Shown piece after piece: positions 1-11,154 of a stretch of 64,000 bases of DNA; positions within the stretch are counted from its first letter, which is position 1; each line of letters begins with the position of its first letter. Below the pieces are notes generated by a model. It was not told where the DNA came from. It was given only the letters and a program-made list of their open reading frames with translations, and did no database searches. Source of the stretch: Trichosphaerium sp. ATCC 40318 (lineage: Eukaryota > Protista > Tubulinea). The DNA is taken from contig JALMLS010000341.1 in the NCBI GenBank assembly GCA_038496445.1, positions 62,001 to 126,000 on the forward strand. The letters are read 5' to 3'. Position numbers and translations under genes: made by a program.

Positions 1-109
1 TCACAAAAGCAAATTAAACTAGACGATTCATAGCAGCAAGTGATTTAACTTTCTAGTATTTTAGCGGCTAGCTTTTATTCTTTAGCTCTTTTGGTAAGGT
101 CTGCTGACA

Positions 110-1587
110 TTGCCAAACGATATTCAACTTTACATATGCTCGCTCGATAAAGAAGTTTACATAAAATATCACCTACTGTCTACTGCAGCTGCTAAAAACA
201 CTCACTTTACGAATGATTTTAGAAAAAAGGGTATCTGGAAGCGGTGGTATTCAACAGGAGAGTTAAAACGCATGATTCAACTACCTGTTGGCGAGATAAA
301 ACAATGGTATAAAAACGGACAACTTCAGGCGCATTACTACCATATATACGGAAAGCATGCTTTAGCAGCTGCAGTATCAATTGTTCTATTTACAAGGCAA
401 ACTTCATGGTGAGAGAAAGAAGTGGCACTCAAATGGGCAGATTGTTAAACAAAGCTTCTTTGAAAATGGAAAAAGGACAGGAAAGCATCAAGAGTGGCAC
501 GAAAACGGACAGGTAGCACAAGGAATGCTGAAAAACGACAAGTATGAAGGAATACTCCAAAAGTGGTATGAAAATGGTAATATGAAAGCATATACAAGCG
601 TCACAGATGGAATAAAAGAAGGTGAAATGAAAGAGTGGTATGAAAATGGCAAACTAAAGATACACTACTTTCGTCAATGCAAAAAAGTGGCGAGGTTTGA
701 AGAATATTTTGAGAATGGAAACCTTAAATCTTGTTTGTTCTTCGAAGATAGCACAGATGACTTCTATAACCAAGAGATGATCAAAGAAGGTAACATTAAA
801 ACTATTAATGGCAAACAATGTCTAAAAGAAACGCACTACCACGAAAATGGAACAAGAAAATTAGAAAAATTCTGTTGCAATGGTAAGCCTTACGGCACTG
901 CAAAACAGTGGAATGAAGATGGCCAAATTACATCTTGTGTTGAGGTAAAGAATGGCATACCGTATGGCAAGAGTGTCATGTACAAAGATGGATTAATAAG
1001 ATAAAAAGCGCTATGTTTAAGAACGGAAAGAAGAATGGTAAATACAAGGAGTGGCATGAAAATACTCAACTTGCGTTGCGTATTATATTGATGATGTGAT
1101 GGAAGGACTAGTGGAAAAATGGTATGAAAATGGACAAATGAAACAGGTTTATACGATTCACAATGGCAAAAAAGAAGGAGAACGTAATGCTGGTACAGTA
1201 ATGGACAGTTATCATCAACGATTTTGGAAACACGGCTTAGAACATGGAGAATGTAGACAATGGTATGAAAATGGTAAACTACAAGTACGGTATGAAGCAA
1301 AGAATGGTAAAACGGCAGGAAAGTATGAAGAGTTCTACGACAATGGACAACTACGCAAGCGCTTCTACAAATGGGATGATAAAGTACAAGGCGAAGTAAA
1401 ACGTTGGCACAGGAATGGACAGTTGTATTTACAGTTTTATGTAAAAGGCAGTATTCCTCATGGAGAAGAAAAAGAGTGGCATCCCAATGAACAAATGAGA
1501 CGATGTTTGACTCGTGTCAATGGAGAAGCTGAAGTTTACTTAGGATGTGTGGTCAAATTTACGTTAAGAATGTATTCTACTTCATGA
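110..1587 (+). pseudogene. Intronless F-box-like + MORN-variant (YwqK-like) repeat gene, broken by frameshifts
   Basis: N-terminal LLTLPNDIQLYICSL, then many G..K.W(Y/H)ENG.L repeats over ORFs 110-412, 381-1004 and 1096-1587 plus a short intervening piece. Frame changes have no splice signals. Paralog of 37177-38256. The true start may be upstream. Confidence 0.75.
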
Positions 1588-1857
1588 AGTAATAATACGT
1601 TTGACGAGATGAGTTTTACGCACGTGTTAAAAACAACGGCTCATTTTTGGCTACATTTAGTTCTGGTCGAGTGAACTACATTCTTCCATTTGGCAAACAA
1701 GCTTGGTTTGTAATTTGTGGCCAAAGCACACTGAGGTGGTTTGACGCGAAAAAAAATAGCATTTTTAGTTTGAATAAAACTAGGTATATACACGCACAAA
1801 CGCTCTGTATTACACAAAACCTTGTTGGATTGTGGTTGTGTTGACCCATTGTTTATT

Positions 1858-3027
1858 ACATGTCACATGACAGAACATTTTTTATCATTATTTTCTGTTT
1901 GTTTTCCATCATAACAACTGAATAACCAACCAGCTGCTGATACTTCATGTATTACTATTTGTTTAAAAGCAAGTTAGTACACATCAGAAAAAAGGTACAA
2001 AGGTACATTCTTCTGTCCCATCACCTGTTAATGCGCTCACTTCAACATAACTATGAGCCTAAATAACACAGTGAGTGGATATAGAATCGGTGTAAACTGA
2101 TTGTACACCAATTTTTTTTGCTAAACTTATTCCTTCTTCTGTTGTCACAGCTTTCTTTGTGCCATACTCCAGAGAATTTATCTCCCTCAAATCTAGTTTT
2201 GTACCAACCAATATCACAGGGACGCCTGGACAGTAATGATTCTTTTCTGGATCCCACTACAAGGAACAACAAAAATTACTACAACTTTGTGACATCATTA
2301 TTATCACTTGTCAAATATAGTGTTAATTGACTTTTAGTACCCTGGCCAACACGTTTTCGTAGCTCATGCTATTTACAAGACTGAATGCAATGATAAATAC
2401 GCTCTAGAAACACATACAATCAATAAAACATTTCATATCGAACTATTGAGTGCGTACAGCATTAGCGTAGCTTAAAGGTCGAAGTCTGTCATATTCCTCA
2501 GGTCCTGCAGTATCCCAAAAGCCTACATATAAGCCATAAGGTACAATAAGTACTGTTAATATAAAAATACCTAATTCTACCTTGTGTCCAAGCCACGTGT
2601 TTTCTTGGAGTCTAAAAGTTATTAGGACCATACGTAACAATGGGTGATATTCAAAGTCACTTAACAAAATTGTTTTGTCACGTGTAAGATAAAAAAACTG
2701 AGGAAAAGATGAACAAAGTACACATTTGTATCGAAAACAGTTGGAATGTAATCTTGCGGAAACTTCTCTATTATTGGTTTTAACAACGAATAAAGACTTT
2801 AGACTCACTCAAAACCATTCTGATGCATAGACAAGTTTTACCTGTGTCAGATTTAGCTGTTACGGAGTAAAATGTCTTAAAATGGCTTTAAACGTAGGAT
2901 GCGGATCATTTAAACAGCAGTTATGTAAACTATCGTTGTACCAACGGCACCATCCCCGATTATTACCAATTTAACTCCAGGGAGTTCGTTATTGGTGTAT
3001 TCATCGTTTGTTGCAGATGTCATTTCG
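1858..3027. repeat. ~1.2-kb segmental duplication, copy A (copy B at ~24052-25175)
   Basis: Exons and several introns are near-identical to 24052-25175, in the same orientation. Confidence 0.9.
1863..3023 (-). CDS. Rho/Rac-family small GTPase, copy 1 (multi-exon)
   Basis: Exons give KLVIIGDGAVGKT, YIPTVFD, WDTAGPEEYDRLRPLSY, LVGTKLDLR, YVEVSA and end in KKCSVM* (CAAX). Confidence 0.9.
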
Positions 3028-3142
3028 GCTAAAGCATTTCGATTGCTTAACGCATTTTTTTGTACCAACAGTCAATATTGGTCGTACGACACTCGTTCGT
3101 GAAAATTCGTTTTTGTATTTGTTTCCATTCAAACCACAAAAC

Positions 3143-4682
3143 AATGGCTGAACCACTTCAACACCCGCGTAAAAAGGCTAATGGTAGTACAGAGTTTATT
3201 GCTCATAACGAATACCAACAGAGACAATACGAGAGTGCTCAACGCAATAAAGAGAGGAAGGAAGAGCACTTGCGATTGTTGTTGGAGTATTTAGGGAGTT
3301 ATGACACGATTATGATCCTTGATTGCTCAGAAGCAACGAGTACGATTCTAGCAGCAATAAGGTCGGGATTACGAGCTCATGATGCTGTACTGACAATGTG
3401 TAAACAAGTAAGTTTTTACAAACGCTGCCCAGGCACTCCTAGTGGTTAACCACGCATATGAGTGGCGTAACGGATTTTTTCTAGTCAATAATGCGCAAAG
3501 CTATTGAAATGCATGCTAAAAAAACTGCAACGACGCAAATCGCGTTAGAGGAGTATAAAAAATTACAAGGTACATTTACAAAAGCCTGAAACTGAAAAAA
3601 AAAAACAACAAAAAATCGCAATCAAATCTCTCTTTATATTTATCCAACTCGCTTGTTTAGAACTCTTTCTTTATCTCATTAGCTACTATATACAGTAGGG
3701 AAGTGGTTTTAATAGAGTGTTGGTTTAGCTGTAAGCTAGACCTCCATTGCAAGAGCGAATAAGCTTTTTCTTTTTCATGATTTTCTTTGTGCTATTTTTT
3801 TCTTATTTTTCAGAGAACTTACCACAAACACTTCCTTGTAGATCAACTTGCTGGTAGCCGTAGAGGTTTAATATTCACAAACGAAGATTTTAATGTTATT
3901 TCTGATTTGGTATACCTTGTGTCAGAATTTCAGTATGCCAAAGTAGGTCAAACTTGCCCAGTTGATGTTGTTCTTCGTCCAGGCATAACAAGCACGTGAT
4001 CACACTGATTTAAAATCAAAGTTGTAATTACCTCTCAGATCTTCAACCAACCCAAACATCCTATCTACCTGGTATGTAAAGTTCTTATAAACTGACACCA
4101 GTACTAATTTTTTGAGCAGCTTTGAATATTGCTTCTAAAATATCGCGAGGGATGATCGAATTTTTATTTCCTACGCATATAATTGAAAAGGGTGAAGTTG
4201 TTAGAGCTTCTAAGGCATCTTTATTGCGCAGTTTAAATTTCAAGGTACCACTTGTATTAGTTAATCAATCTGTATTCTCTAACATGTGGATTTAAGGCTG
4301 TTCCAAGGCGTGCTCATGTTTTAGGAATATTCATTGATGGATTTTTAAATAATACTTCTATTCTGAACCACGGTGCAATGACTGTATTATCAAATGTTAG
4401 GTATGCTGCTCGCCAAATAGAAGCTATATCAGCAGTCACTGGTATACCAACAGTATGCTCAATGCAGGTACGTAACAGCACGCAAAAAAGTTATTCCCAG
4501 TACTTAAATTTTTTTTAAGCGGTACATAATGAATGGATACACGAATTTACTGTCTGTTGTTATGGCTACTGATTATAAATTTGAACATGCTGAAATGGTA
4601 TGGTAGTGCTCATTTTAAATATAGTTAACCAGAGCTTTAGATAATGGGCAAGATAATAAAGAACAAATTGGACTATAATTAA
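3143..4682 (+). CDS. Hypothetical multi-exon protein
   Basis: Starts MAEPLQHPRKK and has a series of open exons with GT-AG introns. No family recognised. Confidence 0.5.
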
Positions 4683-5178
4683 ATTACTGATATTGGTTCC
4701 ACTAATCTACAGCCTTATACCGTTCTTTGTACTACAAGAATGTGGAATTGGTTTATTGGTGATTAAATAAACTACTTCTGCAAACTTTTTTTTTCCCTGA
4801 TCACGTGATCGGCTGTTTACAACTCTTCTGTAAAATAAGTTGCACCTCACGTTTTAGATTGACGCCAAGTTTAATAGATTATACACCTGCCAAGGCCTTC
4901 AAACCCTCATCTGTTACATGTACACATGATAAATCAGTGTATCACAATGCAACCACAAAGACAGCTTAGATAACTCACAAAGCATTTTTTAAGATCTGTC
5001 AACGTAAATACAAATAATAGCCAGCAGCAAAAGAGGCGTGCAGTTGACTATTGTCCGCGCTAACAAGTAACAAAACACGCAAGTAGTTAAGTTAATCAAT
5101 TTAGGGTTATTCTATTGTACAATCAAAAAAGGCATCTCTGAAGTGCGCATACAACCATTAAAGGTACGAAAAAAAAAA

Positions 5179-7345
5179 TCAAGTAAACGCTGTGCGCCTC
5201 TTGGGTTGTACAGGGCTATCTGGTCTGGCCCTCCATAATGCCTCACTACACGCGTTACATACACGAACAGGCCTTTTAGGTCCAAAGTATGGAATAATAG
5301 CCTTCGAGTTGCAACAGCGTGCGCAATATAATCGGCCATCGAACCTGCAATGATGCTACAAGAAAAAAAGTTAGTCTTGATTTTTCTCGTTGGTTGAAAT
5401 TGTTCATCAACATAAACACGTGTTGCGTGTTAATTATTACATACCCTCCTTTTTAATGGACTAAAGGTAGAATTACATCCTGTACATGACAATGCCTTTT
5501 CATCTGCTTGCCAATGACGTTTACGTTCAAAACTCATGCTATTGATATGAACTGTTTGAAGAAACTCAAAATAGTCAACAAGCTTAGATGAACTATTTGC
5601 TCTACGGAGCTCTGAAGGTACATGAAATACTTGTACCTTAAAGAAGAGAATTAGCAAATAAAAAAGAGAAATAATAGATATACCTTGTCGTGGATTATCT
5701 CAACCAAGTTTTTACAATCTTTGGTTGGATATGGAATAATAAAAGGAGATTTTGTGTTAAGAATAGATAAGTATTGTAAATTCTTTAATTGTCCGATAGC
5801 TTGAGGCAATGAACCTAAAAGAATGTATGTTAGTCTATGAGTAACTACAATAAGCTTAAAGTTTTGATACAAACCTATTGGGTTGAAGTCTATCATGAGC
5901 ATTTCAAGGTCTTGACATTGACTTATTTCTTTTGGTATCCTACTCACATTGTTCTGTCCCAAATTAAATTTACGCAACTTAGAGAGATTACCTAAAAAAA
6001 AAAACATTAATACAACATGTCACGTGACATCTACAACAGCAATACCAATCAAAAATTTCGAAACTACATACCTATTTGAGGTGGTATGACAGAAATCTTG
6101 TTTCCTTCGAGGTACAATTCTGTTAGATTATACAAAGAACCAATCTCAACAGATATCTCTGTAAGATTGTTGCATGCCAAATTTAATACTTTTAATGTCT
6201 TTAATGTTGATATATGATACGGTATTGTGCTTATCCCATTACCCATGACATGAAGTTCTTGAATTAAAGCGTGTTGAAAGTATGGAATTGTGTCTAAATT
6301 ACAATAGTCCAAAACGAGATGAACTAAACAGTCTGGCCATGCCAATTGGTTATGTATGAGCGCTATATTAACAGTTAGTGTTATGAGGTATCCATAATGT
6401 GTTTGGAGGGAATCGAGGCTCAAATTATTTGAAAATAAAGAAGAACTGTTATTTCGTACACAAGTCATGGCTTCGCAAGTCTAAACACTTGCTACCCTCG
6501 TTGTATAGCCGATTTAATTTTTCTGAAACGTCAGCCAGTATTTTTGCTGAGTCCGCAGGTTTTGGGAAAAGCTCAATATTACGCGAACACTTCTACAAAA
6601 TCAATTAATTATCGCCGCCTCAAGTCATGTAAAAATTGTATGACAAAAAAACTGTACCAAACTCTTTACGCCTTTCTCTCCTGCTGTATTACGATATCTT
6701 TGATACTGAGGGCTTGCTAAGAACTTTGGCCAACAGTCCCATCGTAGAATACTTACAATCTCCTGCTCAGCTTCCTCAAAAAGAGCTACAAATAGCAGAA
6801 ATTAGTAAAGATAAGAAAAACTTTTGTGTAAAACAAAAAAAAAATGAAAAAAACCGGGAAACACGTGACGTTTCTTCGAAGCGTCGTAACGTAAAAAGCT
6901 GTTTAATTTTACTACGTTAATCCTATAAACCATAAAAAGTAGTTCTAGTCAAAAAAATACCCGAATCAAAGTCTTGAGACGCAATTCTTTCCAAAATACT
7001 GTTTTTTGTGTGAGCGTCCACATTTACCTCTAATCTAATTTATATTAACAGACCACGCGTAAATATGCTTACTCAGAGTCTATAGAGAAGAATACATTAG
7101 CTATTTCTGTTACTTTCTTTTGTAAACGTTCAAAATCATCTCTATTGATTACTTTGTATTCAGAGGTCTATTTGAGAAGGTTTAAGCACTGTGATTAAAC
7201 GTGAGAATTAAAACCGCACGGCTTTAATAAAATGGAGATTCTCCACTGACACAGATGTTACCAAGTACTCTTCGAATAAACTAAGTAACTCAGGGTCCGA
7301 AAAGACAGTATCTAGTATAGTGTGCGATTCAACCGGTTTAGCCAT
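5179..7345 (-). CDS. RGS domain - leucine-rich repeats - FYVE zinc finger protein
   Basis: Exons 7345-6680 encode LFEEYLVTSVSVENLHFIKA...EVNVD...LFEEAEQEIVSILRWDCWPKFLASPQY (RGS). 6350-5690 encodes LxxLxLxxN repeats. 5530-5179 encodes WQAD...CTGC...RRHHCRFDG...YCARC...RVCNAC (FYVE). Confidence 0.8.
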
Positions 7346-7510
7346 AAATCGTTAGCCTCCACAATAGCGTAACGTATCAAATGGGACGCTTGGTCATTAG
7401 CCAATCACAAACACGGATTCGAGACTGACTTAAGGCCGCCTCAATTAAGCTTATGAAAACTCAAAAAAACTCAACTCTTTATTCGCTTTAACCTCAACGG
7501 TTTCATGCAA

Positions 7511-10500
7511 TTATGCAGTACGAACAGGAATCTTAACCTTTCCAGCGCTAGCAGTACCATCTTGTACTGGTTTAACGTGAAGAATGATATCTTTTGCACA
7601 CTTTCCATCAACACATTCAAAATGTGCTGTTGTTACTTTCATTGGTAATGGGAACGTTTGTTTAGCGGATATTGTGCGGACTACAGTTTCACCGCTGTCA
7701 TCAGTTTCCTCTTGAGAGTGTTTGCAATTAAATGATAACTTTTGGCCTAAGTAAAAGTCATGAGCAGCCGAAGAACAAACTAGTTGAACAACATACCATC
7801 CAAAATTACAGTGACGTCTGTCTTAAATGTTGATGGTGTACATGTGAATGTAAACTTGCTCTACAACCGAATAAGTTTACAGAACGACAACATAAAGAAA
7901 GAGTTAGCTCGTACTTGGCCAGATGCAGCATTAAAGCTAACACGATCAGAACCAGCGCTTGAGTCAGCTGGAACTTCAAATTTAGCAATTTCATCTTGTC
8001 CTGAGACAAATAATCAGTTAAACGTTCGTTGCAATGACTATTGTACCTGTGCTGTCTTGTGCTGGTGTACGGAAGATAACCAATAGTCGGTCTAAAAGTT
8101 ACAAATAAGAATAGTGTCTTACAAGTTATACTACGCACGTTTTTCAACGTTATGTTCTGCAGTAATATCTCTAGCACTAAAAGATACTGGTAGTTTAAAT
8201 TTTCTGATTGTTGTGCGCTCATCAACGTCTATGAAGAAGTGTTATTGTGTTGTTATCATAGAAAGCATTAAGTACCATTGCGTTGTAATACAGTGAGAAT
8301 AAGCTCAAGAGCTTCGAGTTCAAGGGTAATGGAAGAAGTAGGCACTTGAAGACCTAGTACATCTAATTCGAAACCACCTGAAGTTTCTAGGAGGAAAGAA
8401 GTGAGAACTAAATAAGTACACTTTATGACCGCTTACGTTTGAATCCACCGACCTTAATTTCAAGCTTGACAAGAGGTTCAGTGTTTTTTGGTAGTTCTAG
8501 GGTGACTTCTTCTTCAGATACTTTATCAGCTTCTTCTTGTTTTGCTTTAAGTTCTGCCTATAACGAGAAAGAATGTAAGCTTGAGTATTTTAAGTCCAAG
8601 CGTGCCTCAGACATGTATCCTTCAGCAAAAGCTGCGGCAATGACTCTGACTGTTTGTAGGTGAGGTCCAGATGCAATACCAATAACCTTCATAGATGAAT
8701 CAAAGAGAGTTTCACGGTTAGGTTTCATTGGACTTTTTTCATCTACAACATTCCTGTTAAACGCAAGTTATACAACAATGTCAAACGAACCAATCAACCA
8801 AGAGCATACGACATCTTTTGGTGCTAAGTTACCAAAAGCAACATTTTGTAGTACACGTCCTGAACAACAAATGTAAGTGCGAGAAAGCCTCGGCATAACC
8901 TACCTTGGAACTTTCCATATTTTTTAAGACGTGACTTTGCTGCATCAGCGCCTTCAGCTGGGTTTGTTTTTTGTGCTTGTTTACGGCACAAATCAGAACA
9001 ACTAGAGCTTAGCTAAAACGCGATTTAGTCAACTTGGATCAAACTCCATGCAACAAAAAAAGAAATACTTACGCCTTCTGCAGTAGCTAATGTGACATTC
9101 TCTGTGAGTGCTTTTTGTTTGCTCAAGAAACTAATGGTTTCCGAAACAGCTGGAGTGTCGCCATACTTTTTCTTGTTTTGTTCCAAAAATGTTAAGAATG
9201 ACCCTGGGTTAGCACGAAGAGCATTGATCTCATTTCTTAGCTGAACTTCATAAGGCGTATCTTTAAAAAAAATAAGTCAGGAGAATCAAGAGCGCTGCAC
9301 AAACGATGTCTTACCTTGTTGTGGTCTCATCGGAATAGGATATTTGCTGGTATCTGCACGATCAGTTGTGCCTGTTTTTCTTGGAGAAACTGCTGCGCTG
9401 CCCATCATCTTAGCAAATCTAGCTTCTTCTCTGTATAGTAATTAGTACGATAAGGTACACTCACTGTGCACCTTTTGTGTGCTTCTTCACCAACATCTGG
9501 TGCGTCAGTGGTTTGTTGTGACGAGTGAGAAGAGGTTGGGCTTAGAAGACGCTGCATGCGTGCTTCTTCACGGGATAAAGAAGTTGACTGTTTATCTTCT
9601 TCTTTAGCTTCTTTTGCAGCAGGGACAACTGATTTAGCCTTTGGCGCTGCTTTGGCTTTTGGTTGTGGATTTGAACTTGGCTTGGTACTATAACTTGGCT
9701 TCGTACCTGAAAAGCACTATTAACATCTTTTCAAAAAAGATAGGGATTCGCCGTTGAGCGTACGTGGAGATGTCAATAGAGATGCCATTCCGCCTTTACC
9801 TTTAGATCTAGGGCTCTTTTTAACGAGTCCCTTTACAGATCCAGAACGCTTGGCAATCATTTTAAGTAGACGTGCTTCCTCTCTCGCTTCAAATAAAAGT
9901 TTAGGGGTTTGTAGTGTTGATTATTGTTTTGCACCGTTCGTACCTTCTTCGTCTTCGTTTTGAGTATCAGTAAAGAACCCTGCTGATTGGTTCTCAGATA
10001 TTACTTCAGAGTTGGATGCAGGTGCTGGTGTTGGTGTTGGCTCTGGTTTCTTTACTTCTGGTTCTGGTTTCTTTTCTTCCGGCTTCTTGACTTCTGGTGC
10101 TGGTTCTGGAGTTGATTCTGGGGCTTCAGGCGATTCAGTTGCAATCAAAGATGGAGCACCATGTTTTATAAGAGCCTATAGAAACGATTAGACGTGTTTG
10201 TGGGCGTTAGGAGTACCTGATCAAAAAACATTATGTAAGCTGTCACAAGTTTCAAACTCTTGAACGTAAACGGTTCAATATACCCACACAAACCAGACAT
10301 TCCGTCTTTAAGGCATCCAGAAGAGTCAATGTCAACAAAAGTGTTGCCCTCAACCTTGATTGTGCCTAGTTTGGATGAGTGGTCTGTTTTTTGACGCTTA
10401 CGTACCGCGTCCCATGTCTATACTTGCAATAGGGTTTTCTTCATGGTCTAGAACCATACCACCGTTGTCAATTTCGCCCAAAAAGTTTTCTTCGCTTGGA

Positions 10501-10726
10501 ATTGTCAGTTTTTGGTATTAAACGGCAATAACAGGCGAAAAACTAATTGTAAAACTAAAATAGTCCTTGAGGTACTCGGTTACGCTTACATATCACCACA
10601 TTGTCCATCTGGGTTTATAAAACCAACGCATTCTCCTGATGCTGTATAAAGCGAACCATCTTGATCCAAAACAGCGCGTTTGTCGCGAGAAACATCGTAT
10701 ACAGTGAATACAGGTTGGCTGCTCAT
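7511..10726 (-). CDS. Multidomain protein: N-terminal beta-rich domain, Pro/Lys/Glu-rich linker, CAP/SCP-like domain, C-terminal HSP20-like region(s)
   Basis: EINALRANP...RLKKYGKF...QNVAFG...VVCSWLI...NRETLFDSSMKVIGIASGPH (CAP-like). IRKFKLPVSFSARDITAEH and KQTFPLPMKV resemble alpha-crystallin-type strands. Confidence 0.55.
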
Positions 10727-11154
10727 CCTGTTGTGAGTTGCTAACGTTTATGGAAACTAGTTGACTGGATGGCTGGCAAGCTCCTTTTTATAGCTTTTTG
10801 CGCACCGCTCAAGTTCTTAGCTGCTTGAAGAATAAAACGTTTTTTTTGTTTACAAGCCTATGTTATCGAGTGAAATTAAAGCTCTACGCTACTCGACGCT
10901 TTGCAGTAAACAGAAACAGTTAGGTTTTTAGGTTTTTGGGTTTTTTTAAATTATGACATGTTGCCACATTGCGACAGCTGACTCACTTTAAAATAGTATT
11001 GCACCACCAGTAAAATAGGAACTGAGTGACACAACAACAATTGACACGATGTCAGCTACCCCACAACTTTTCGAGACTCGTTACGACTCTAGTTTTTAGG
11101 CTTAAAGTTGCAAATTTGGCTTATAGTAATACAACAGCACCTGAACACGCGTAA

